DNA of 64,000 bases. It comes from Octopus sinensis. Taxonomy: Eukaryota. The position numbers and the translations under genes are program-made. Positions 54,707 to 64,000 of this stretch are shown here, in pieces. The stretch spans positions 63,612,001-63,676,000 of the forward strand of contig NC_043010.1 of assembly GCF_006345805.1 (NCBI RefSeq), read 5' to 3'. Under the pieces are notes generated by a model. The model made no database searches. It saw only the letters and a list, made by a program, of their open reading frames with translations, and was not told where the DNA came from. Position 1 is the first letter of the stretch. Every line of letters begins with the position of its first letter.

Positions 54707-55596
54707 CCCACTTGAATGGTTGGCAATATTTACAAACAGAGGGCCCACTGATTTACAGTCATCAATCTTAACTATGAAAGGATATCAAAGACAATTGAGA
54801 ATGAAGATCGAGAAGCATCATCAAATACTCCACTTCTTCAAATACTTTCATGACCGAATACCTTGTGGTTTCAATACAAACGTATATATAAAGATATAAA
54901 GACAGTGATGGACATCTTTGAAATAACATGACTTTCGTAGTGTTTGACATTTTCTCCAAATCAAGTTTGCTTTCAACTCATGTGGCATTAATCCTTTGAC
55001 TGAAATTTTGAGGATGTATTTGGCAGTATTGGGTACCATACAGTCTCCCTGTCATTTACACTTTAGCATGTGGTCTCAACCCAGCTGAGATCGTTTCTGG
55101 TGTAAACCACAGATATATTGCGATAAACTGCATGCTAAAGTAGCACCTCATCATCATCATCATCATTGTTCGACCGTGGTCGAGACAATGGAATTTACCA
55201 TGCTACGCCAGACTTCACGGTCCATCATGGCATTACGGAGGTCCTGTTGCTGGATGCCTGTATCCCTGGAGATTACATCAGGGTAGGAGAGTGTGCGCCC
55301 TCTGGTATTGCGAGTAGATGGCTTCCAGAGGAGAAGAGTAGAAATTACCTATGTTGTAGCACCTCATAATTTTAGTTGGGGTACCCAACTTTATGGCTTT
55401 CAGTTGTATTATCCTTATTGATACATTCTTCAAAATTTCATCTTGGCCGTCAATAACGAAAGTATTTAATGAACACAAGTATTCAATAATGAAGCTATTT
55501 ACATTCGGGATTATGTCTTCAATATCCTTCCATAGTTAAGATTAATGACAGTAAATTGATGGGATTTGTGTTAAGTACAGCCAACCACTCTGTGGG
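54707..55596. mobile_element. Unclassified DNA-transposon remnant with ~85-bp imperfect TIRs, carrying a nested RTE insertion
   Basis: CCCACTTGAATGGTTGGC...TTTACAGTCATCAATCTTAACTATGAAAGGATATCAAAGACA (54707-54792) matches the reverse complement of 55514-55596. Confidence 0.7.
55152..55355 (-). mobile_element. 5'-truncated RTE-clade LINE with (ATG)n tail and 12-bp TSD
   Basis: Minus strand VISTLLLWKPSTRNTRGRTLSYPDVISRDTGIQQQDLRNAMMDREVWRSMV (RTE C-terminus). TSD GTAGCACCTCAT at 55140-55151 and 55356-55367. Confidence 0.85.
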
Positions 55597-56159
55597 CCAC
55601 TGAAAACAAGATATAAATTAAAAAGCAAGTCATGCAAAATGGTTTAATGGTAATTATAAAAATTTAATTAAAAATGATGATACTATGTTTAGAAAAAAAT
55701 ATTACAAAGCATGGAAAGATTTACAAGTAGTCATCGTTATTCTAGAAGTTCTTTTATTGCAACATTCATAGCAAAATTGTAAGCTGAACAACCATTCACT
55801 CTTTCTCTGTCACTCGGGGCAATACTTTCATTTTACACATCAGTCACTCATTTTCTATTTGTCATTTCACAGCTTAAGTATGGACACACCATCTCCTTAG
55901 TATGAGAAAGAGTGAAAACACTAAGCTCATTATTATATGTAAAATATTATTATTAAGGCGGCGAGGTGACAGAATTGTTAAGACACCGAGCAAAATGCTT
56001 AGCGGCGTTTCGTCTGTCTTTACGTTCTGAGTTCAAATCCTGCAAAGGTCGACTTTGTCTTTCATCCTTTCAGGTTCAACACAATAAGTACCACTTGAGC
56101 AACTTAACCCTTCCCACAAAAAACTGCTGGCCTTGTGCCAAAATTTGAAATCATCATCA

Positions 56160-56192
<33 letters not shown>

Positions 56193-56524
56193 GTGAGCTG
56201 GCAGAGTTGTTAAGCACATCAGACAAAAAAAAATACTTGGTAGCTTTCCTTCTAGCTTTATGTTCTGAGTTCAAAAGCCATCGAGCCTGGCTTTGCTTTT
56301 CATACTTTGAGGTCAATAAAACAATAAAATAAGTACCAGTCAGTTACAGGAGACAATAAAATTGATATCCCCCCCCCCGCCCACTTTCAGGCCTTGCGCT
56401 TATAATAGAAAGAGTTATAATTATTACTGCAATTATCATTTTCTGAAGAGGGAGTCTCAAATTTTTCTTGCTCAGTGACTTTGATATATTTGATATATTT
56501 ATTCTCAACTATGTTCATTTAAAG

Positions 56525-56823
56525 CAGGGTTTCCCTAACTTATTTTGCTTGTGGTCCCCCTGAGAGCTATCTCATCATTTGTGGATCACCATATATGACC
56601 ATGTAAATTTTTGATATAAAATATTTGTTTGTAGTTTAGTAAAAACTAACAATTAAACAATTTCATTATTTTCATAACATAAATTCCAAATACAAATCTT
56701 GAAAATTTCAATCAATAAAGGCACCTATCCTAGTAAACAAAATTTATATATGGACCCACAGATTACAATTTTTTACTCGTGGACCCCCTTAAAGCTTCTG
56801 TGGACCACGGTTGGGAACCCCTG
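56525..56823. mobile_element. hAT-family MITE
   Basis: TIRs CAGGGTTTCCCTAAC / GTTGGGAACCCCTG; perfect 8-bp TSD ATTTAAAG; repeated TGGACCCC-like motifs. Confidence 0.9.
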
Positions 56824-57267
56824 ATTTAAAGCTTGTATTTTCGCATAAATGTGTTGTGTCTTGTAAAAGAAATTGCTGTGGAGTGACATGCTAGTTGGCT
56901 AAATCTTGGCTAACTCCTTGTAAGAATATATTTCTGTTTTTCAAGTTTCAAAAATAGCTATTTAAAAAAAAACATTCATTTTAACAGGGTGTCGTTTGTT
57001 TTTGCTGATGAAGAGAATTATGCAAAAGCAAAAAAATAACAGAAGGGTGAAGGAAGAAAGCCAGCATTGCACTTCCCTTTCACTGAAACAACAGAGAGTA
57101 AAAAGTGTTTTTCTCCCCTTTTCATCCCAACAGACTATGGAAAGTGGCAGTGACATTATTACTACAAACTCCATAACCACCACATTCACCAGAAACGCCT
57201 TCATCAACTTATATTGAAAATGGTGATGGCAATGCTGACAGCAAAAAATATTAGTAGCTGTATTTAA

Positions 57268-57486
57268 CCCTTTAGTGTTCAGATTATTCTATCAAACATA
57301 ATGCTTATTGATTCCCATTGATTCGAATTAATCATGCCTTATCTCATATCTTCAAGATGTTGATGGTGTAATTACTTAATGTAGAATAACATTGTAGGGT
57401 AGGTGTGAGAGCCTGGATCTGGTCAGTTTGAACATAAAACAGATTAACTATTTTGGCCGGATATAGCCGGTTTAAATACTAAAGGG
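57268..57486. mobile_element. piggyBac-family MITE, opposite orientation to 51767-51987
   Basis: TTAA|CCCTTTAG...CTAAAGGG|TTAA; internal sequence is a diverged reverse complement of the other copy. Confidence 0.9.
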
Positions 57487-58189
57487 TTAAGTAACTTCAA
57501 CAGATGAAAACATCAACAGCAACACCAACATCTCTATTAGTAGCACCAACAACATGAATAGTAATAATAGTTACAAATGTTCCTTCAAAAAGGGACTTTT
57601 TGGGGCCAATAAGAGGGCCCTGGGAAGGACTACCTTGGGATTCAATGCCTACATTGTAGGAGTGGTAGAAAAGGAATATGTCTTCCAGAAGAGGAGCTGA
57701 TGAAGAAAAAGAGGAGAAAGACTGCTTAGAAGTGCATCTCTCAGAAATTCTGAACAATTTTGTACTCCATGTTGGCACAGACTGAAAAGTTCTCGCAAGA
57801 GGCATGGGACGCCATATGGCACATGGGACGCCATATGGCACACGGGAAAGGGAAAACACCATAACATAATGAAACTCCTCAAGGATAGTAAAGAGAAAGT
57901 CAATGCAGATGTTTACAATGACAAGTATATTACACAGGTTTACTCTCTTCCTAGTCTACATGAGGAGTAAGATGGTAAGCCAGCAAAATCGTTGGCACAG
58001 CAAGCACAACACTTAGCAACATTTCATCTGTCTTTACATTCTAAGTTCAAATTCCGCCAAGGTCGAATTTGCCTGTCATCCTTTCAGGGTTCATAAAATA
58101 AGTACCAGTTCTGCACTGGGGTTGATGTAATTGACTAAGCCCCTTCCTCCAAATTTGCCAGCATTGTGCCAAAACTTGAAACCAATATA

Positions 58190-58700
58190 CATAGGGATTG
58201 TAAATCCAGGGGTCATGTTGCTAGAGCAGTGGTTTTCAACCAGGGTTCCGCCAGTACAGTGCAGGGGTTCCGTAAGAAGTTACAAAACTGCTAAAATCGG
58301 CAGTAATTTTTAAGTCTCCTGTGCAGATATGTGTGCATAAGACTATTAAATTATTGCACAGGGGTTCCTCGAGCCAGTGGAATGTTTCCTTGGGGTTCCG
58401 CTCCAGCAAAAAGTTTGAAAAGCACTGTGCTAGAGGTACAACTGGTGTTGGATCCGGAGCAGCTGGTGACCGCAGTGGCCAATATGAAATCCACCTTCAA
58501 GTTGAATTAGTCAAAGATAACTTGAGATGTTGCTACAAACAACACCAGAAGACTTGACAAAGGGTCCCGGACTTCATTTACTTCAAAAGTGAAATCCCAG
58601 TTTGTTTTTATGATGGAGGGTAGAAGCTCTAAATGCTACAACAGTAACTGCAGAAAGCATTTGAGGGCCTACTGTCTTTTGGTGAAGGAGAAGATTTCAT
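58190..58700 (+). pseudogene. Decayed gag-like ORF1 of an L1/Tx1-type LINE, interrupted by a hAT MITE
   Basis: FVFMMEGRSSKCYNSNCRKHLRAYC at ~58600-58675 has C-x2-(C>S, AGT for TGT)-x4-H-x4-C knuckle spacing preceded by EGR; in-frame stops upstream. Confidence 0.5.
58227..58427. mobile_element. hAT-family MITE
   Basis: TIRs CAGTGGTTTTCAAC / TTTGAAAAGCACTG; perfect 8-bp TSD TGCTAGAG; repeated GGGTTCC subterminal motifs. Confidence 0.9.
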
Positions 58701-59213
58701 AACATCACCCTCACAGTCAGCATCTGTAACATGAAAACAGCGACTGCACCAACAGCAGCAGTGGAAGTATCATTACCATGACAATGAACAACAGTGGCAA
58801 TAACAACAACTGCAGCAATGACAACCCTAACCCTAATCTTAATCAGAACCACCCCAGCACTACCACTGACCTCTCCACCCCCATAGAATATCATCAGACA
58901 AGCACACTCCTCACCACCAAGTGTATGCAAAGCTTGGTTAAGCTAGAATTAATTAACTAGAAGTGCATGAAACAACACTGATTGAAAATATGTTGGTCTA
59001 CAATTATATTTCACATTATATTTCACATTATATATAATATTATGCAGACATGGAGAGACCTTTATTGCAGAAATTGCCTCCAAATGAACCAAGCTTTGCA
59101 CACATCAGCAAATGTTTGGTTGCAAAATTTTTGCTTAGACTTCTCAAAAATCCTGCTTTTGTTCATACCATATCAAGATATGGTTTTGCAGAGACCACAG
59201 TTTCATGTGGCAT

Positions 59214-59615
59214 TCTTTTATTCTTTCATTTGTTTCAGTCATTTGACTGCGACCATGCTGGAGCACCGCCTTTAGTCGAGCAAATCGACCCCAGGACTTA
59301 TTCTTTGTAAGCCTAGCACTTATTCTATCGGTCTACTTTGCCAAACTGCTAAGTTACGGGGACGTAAACACGCCAGCATCGGTTGTCAAGCGATGTTGGG
59401 GGGACAAACACAGACACACAAACATATACATACACACACATATATATATATATATACGACGGGTTTCTTTCAGTTTCCATCTACGAAATCCACTCACAAG
59501 GCTTTGGTCGGCCCGAGGCTATAGTAGAAGACACTTGTCCAAAGTGCCACACAGTGGGACTGAACCCGGAACCATATGGTTGGTAACCAAGCTACTTACT
59601 ACACAGTCACTCCTG
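59214..59615 (-). mobile_element. SINE family A, full length (further fragments near 1040, 1820, 3675, 19376, 26490, 28160, 34925, 52320, 52530)
   Basis: Reverse complement of family A. Confidence 0.9.
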
Positions 59616-60153
59616 GTATACAAACATTCCCTAAATTATGCCTTCTGTATTGTAAGTCTTATTAAGTGGGCATGCATTAATGTTTCTGAAAGAGGACACA
59701 CCTTCAGTTTTACTGAAGGGACATGTGATATTAGGCTCTCCATATTAGCAAGGCAACTACAACTTATTTTGACATTGTGCCTGTTAAACTGTTTCCTATA
59801 TTTATGCTTTTAAAGAGAACCTTTAATGTATTAATAAACACTTCTGTCATCCACCTATTGTATTTTAAAAAAATATTCAAATATTAGCCATAGGATCACA
59901 TACCTTTCTTCTTCTAAAGAAATATTTGAAAAGGCTGCCCCATATTATAATAAAGCCCTACAACCCCACCCCCTTCTCTCATCTGGTCGTAAGAATAGGT
60001 CTTGGAAAGTTTTATGGTTTGTCCTAACCCCACCCCTTCTCCCTTAATGTTAGGACAAACGTAGGTAGAAGATTCTTGCACTTAGTAGATATCCAATTCC
60101 TTAGAACTCACAGATACAATAAAATCTTTTAACAGACACATGCTAAAGATTAC

Positions 60154-60345
60154 CTTTTCTTGTCCCCCTAATGTTAAGTCATATATCAATAAGCAATGGA
60201 TGATTCAAGCCCCGGATGCACAGGTAGAGGCCAATCTAAAGGTCCTCTAGGACGGGAGTGTGATATATCTTCCATTGTTTATGAAGCACAGATTTCAACA
60301 AACTATAACAATGGTCGTACAGTTACCAAACAATTAAGGTTCAAG
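60154..60345 (-). other. Candidate spliced internal exon (192 nt), probably 5' UTR of the zinc-finger gene, containing a 29-aa small ORF at 60186-60275
   Basis: Minus-strand acceptor CTTCCCTACTTTCTTCCTTCTACAG|C at 60345 and donor AAAAG|GTAATC at 60154; unique sequence; ACAATGG start context giving MEDISHSRPRGPLDWPLPVHPGLESSIAY*. Confidence 0.45.
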
Positions 60346-61048
60346 CTGTAGAAGGAAGAAAGTAGGGAAGCAGCAAGCTGGCAGAATCGTTAGCATGCTG
60401 AGCAAAATTCTTAATGGCATTTTATCTGTCTTCACATTCTGAATTCAAATTCCATTGAGGTTGAATTTACCTTTCATTTTTTTTGGGGGGGCGGGGTCAA
60501 TAAAATAAATACCAGTTGAGCACTCAGGTTGATATAATCGGCTTGACCCCCCACCCACCCCCAAATTGCTGGCCTTGTGCCAAAATTTGAAATCGATATT
60601 TGTGGGTTAAGATAGGTCATCATAGCTAAATCCAGTTCTGGATCTCTTCTGCTTTAAATGCCTGAGACATTCTTGTCTACCTTCAAGTTGTATAAATAAT
60701 GAAATATATAAATGCTACAGTCTGACCAGATACAAGTTGTTTGTCTGTCTATACTTTCATTCTATTATACATGTACCAGCTTGATTGAAACAATGCCTAT
60801 AGCAATTCTCATTTGGGTGGGCTATAACATCCCTACATGTTAAGTTGCAGTTCAAATTAGAGTTTAGGCAGGAAGTCAACTTGAACCTGAATTGTTTCAA
60901 TCAACTTGATATTTACCTGAAATTTATACATGTGCTTATAAATAGGTTCAGCAAAAATTTAGATTTGGTTGAATATGGTACTTAAGTTAAAGGCATCAGA
61001 ATTTAGTATGGTATTATCCATATAATTCAAAATGGGGTGATTATAATC

Positions 61049-61196
61049 AAAATAAGCAACAAGGATATCCAGAGGTAATGCAGTACGACTGTTTCATGAA
61101 ACTCCATTGATGTAAAATTGATGTAATATTTGCATTGTTCAATTAAATGGAGTTGCATGAAACGATCGTACTGCATTACCTCTGGATATCTTGTTG

Positions 61197-61204
<8 letters not shown>
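61049..61204. repeat. Long inverted repeat (~60-bp arms, ~37-nt loop)
   Basis: AAAATAAGCAACAAGGATATCCAGAGGTAATGCAGTACGACTGTTTCATGAAACTCCATT pairs with AATGGAGTTGCATGAAACGATCGTACTGCATTACCTCTGGATATCTTGTTGTTTATTT. Confidence 0.9.
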
Positions 61205-61228
<24 letters not shown>

Positions 61229-61341
61229 AATTTAAATATAAATATAAAATATTATTTTAGTAGTTTTGACTGCAAAAGTCCCTCCTAGCGTACGGTACCT
61301 ATGAATAATAGTACCCTCTATATAATATATATATATATATA

Positions 61342-62218
61342 TAAATCAGAAAATGGAGACGTACTGACTAACAACAATTGACTTGCATCAATTATTATTT
61401 ATTAATTCAATGCAAATAGACTACATCCCATCTAACAGCTATTTCTGCTTCCAATGATATATGGTATTGCCATTGATATTCAAAATACGTAAAAATATTA
61501 ATCATATTTGGTAATAAAACTGATCTGAAATATGGAGCTTCATCAGAGTGAACAATAAATAGAGAAGAAGAGCGTAAAGAAGAAAAGGATAAAGTCGAAT
61601 ATATGGTTGTAATCATACCATGTTGCTTGTGTGTCTCTTTGGGTCGTTAAGTAAAAGACTAAAACAAAACAGTAATTGGTAGATTAATCCTTTGTACAGG
61701 GGAGGTGACAGGATGGAAAAATAATAAAACACAAAAATAATAGTGGGATACACCATTAGGTATTAGTCAGAGAAGTGGGGTGTAGATACAGAAATGTTTT
61801 AAATTAAACATAAAAATATATAATAGTTGTGCTTGTAGTACTAAAGCGTATGAACATAAGTATGTCCATGGTTAAATATAGGTAATATACTGGTAGGGTA
61901 ATGGATACTTCTTACCCTTAGACTCTTATTTTAACCTCTAACTCAACTAACCAGCATATATAAATATATAAACATATACATACATATATGTATATACGTA
62001 CATATATATATAAATATACATGCATATATGGGTACAGGACATAAAAAAAATGAAGAACACAATGAGAAACGAAAACATAAAAACAAAAATATAGAAACGA
62101 ACTTTTTGGGGGGAACAATGAAAAAAACAAACGGAGAAAGAAGACATGCAACATAAAGAATATTCCCCTTCTTCAGTTGTCCATGTTTCATCTACTTCAT
62201 GTTTCGAAGGCAAGGACA
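61342..62218 (-). mobile_element. Adjacent Penelope-like terminal-repeat remnants between (TA)n tracts
   Basis: AT-rich non-coding blocks bounded by (TA)n, one carrying a hammerhead core. Family assignment is inferred from the ribozyme and the target context. Confidence 0.4.
61427..61552 (-). ncRNA. Second, partly degenerate type I hammerhead ribozyme motif
   Basis: Minus strand: UUCACU-CUGAUGA (61546-61540)-AGCUCCA...UGGAAGCA-GAAA (61445-61442)-UAGCUG-UU-AGAUGG. Stems I and II pair with bulges; A.A mismatch closes stem II. Confidence 0.5.
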
Positions 62219-62301
62219 TGTGTGTGTGTATATATATATATATATATACATATATGTGTGTATGTGTATGTATATATGTAAATATATATATTATGTATAT
62301 A

Positions 62302-62369
<68 letters not shown>

Positions 62370-62464
62370 TATATATGTATATATCTATATCTATATATAT
62401 ATATACACACATATATACATATATAAATTTATACATATATATGGATATATATGTATATATATAT

Positions 62465-62565
<101 letters not shown>

Positions 62566-62827
62566 TATATATATATTCTATATGTTTATATACACCCACC
62601 TCACACTCACACACACACATATATATATATATATATGTCATCATCATCACCATCACATTCATTGTTGTTCCTTTATTTTGCACCTGCTTTCCAAGCTAGT
62701 ATAGGTTAGTGGGGTTGTTACAGTTAAGGTATCGTACATGAGATTCGGTCTTGCTTCTATGGCTGAATGCCTTTCCTAACAACCATTTTACATTCTATGT
62801 ATGTGTGTATGTGTATGTATCTGTATC

Positions 62828-62923
<96 letters not shown>

Positions 62924-63052
62924 TATATACATATATATACTATACATATATACATACATATGCACATGTACACACACAAATATATATTTGTGTGCATCCA
63001 TACAGATATATATATATAAAAACATTATATATATATATATATATATAATAAT

Positions 63053-63648
63053 ATTAGGGAGTAAATCCAAACTTACAGGGAAAAATTAGATTTAGGATTA
63101 AATCCAATTTTATAGTATAAATATATATTATATTAAATTAGAGATAAAACCACTATTAGGCAAATCAAACAGTGAAAATCATAAACCAATACATAGAAAG
63201 AAATTAATTAAAAAAATATAAAATATAAATATAAAAAATATAAAATATAAAATTCCAAATTAAAATATTTAAATTAAAGTTAAAATTTAAAAAATTATTT
63301 AAATAATTTAAACTTATAAATTTTAAATATATATATATATATATATATATAGTAAATTATATAACTATCAAAAAGTATTAAAAGTTTAATATAATATAAA
63401 TAGTAAAAACACTACGATCGTTTCATGCCCGTAATCAATTCGAATAACAATAATTTAAATTCAATTTATAATTCGAATTATGGTTACAGTCAATCTTCAG
63501 GTTAATTGTAATATTTTAATTTGGAATTTTATATTTTATATTTTTTATATTTATATTGTATATTTTTTTAATTAATCTTTTTCTATGTATTGGCTTATGA
63601 TTTTCACTGTTTGATTTGCCTAATAGTGGTTTTATCTCCAATTTAATA
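63053..63648 (-). mobile_element. Penelope-like element remnant with ~135-bp inverted terminal duplication, embedded in (TA)n
   Basis: About 63130-63270 is the reverse complement of about 63510-63648 (TTAGAGATAAAACCACTATTAGGCAAATCAAACAGTG...). Hammerhead core lies between the arms; (TA)n on both sides. Confidence 0.6.
63405..63508 (-). ncRNA. Minimal type I hammerhead ribozyme motif of Penelope-like type
   Basis: Minus strand: CUGAAGA (63500-63494), long stem II (UUGACUGUAACCA/UGAUUACGGGCAU plus AUUCGAAU pair), GAAA (63424-63421), palindromic stem III CGAUCG, GUA cleavage triplet. Stem I is weak. Confidence 0.6.
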
Positions 63649-64000
63649 TATATATATATACACATATATATATATATATATACACACACACATATATATA
63701 CACAGACATATATATATATGTCTGTGTGTGTGTGTGTATATGTATATGTAAGCACACACAGACACATGCTTACAAATACATACACACACACACAACCAAC
63801 ACCCAACCGCACACAGTTATGCACACACAATAGCTAGAACTCAAATAAAATTGCACAGGCATAAGCAGACAGAGAGGAGAAAGAGATTGCTACACACAGG
63901 ATACACTTGCTCTACATACACTGTACACACACACACACACAGACACACACACAAATACATAACTAAAAGTACACACAGCCACACACACGGCAAGCACTAC

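Noticed and set aside
57497-57965. 121-aa and 84-aa minus-strand ORFs and a 19-bp tandem duplication (ATGGGACGCCATATGGCAC x2)
   Set aside because: No domain recognised; the plus strand looks like a decayed coding relic with stops, so probably an old TE fragment.
59960-60060. Direct repeat AACCCCACCCCCTTCTC x2 and an 11-bp stem TTTGTCCTAAC/GTTAGGACAAA
   Set aside because: Too short to classify; probably a transposon-end remnant.
62165-62212. Permuted hammerhead-like words on the minus strand (CCTTCGAAACATG...CTGAAGAAGG)
   Set aside because: Stem II could pair, but there is no UH after stem III and no convincing stem I; at most a decayed relic.

Overview
AT-rich, microsatellite-dense eukaryotic genomic DNA. 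The repeat content (tRNA-derived SINEs, RTE, Dong/R4 and Penelope-like remnants, Helitron, hAT and piggyBac MITEs) together with a C2H2 zinc-finger gene with an uninterrupted CDS points to a coleoid cephalopod, most likely Octopus; this is inferred from recognisable repeat families, not from a database search. Only one convincing protein-coding region is present: a 687-aa C2H2 zinc-finger protein on the minus strand (48668-50731). It has 12 intact fingers plus one degenerate finger, arranged as a three-fold higher-order repeat of a four-finger module. Splice signals suggest a spliced, uORF-laden 5' leader (acceptor at 50971; candidate exon 60154-60345). Nearly all other ORFs in the track are translations of microsatellites or SINEs. 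The most unusual signals are: a cluster of Penelope-like remnants at 61.0-63.7 kb carrying minimal hammerhead-ribozyme cores; a palindrome apparently built from a ribozyme 3' half; a dimeric SINE with the same junction at two loci; several fold-back duplications; Dong-type elements sitting in (TAA)n; and a piggyBac MITE whose empty site survives as an inverted copy nearby. There is no CRISPR array, rRNA or bona fide tRNA gene.
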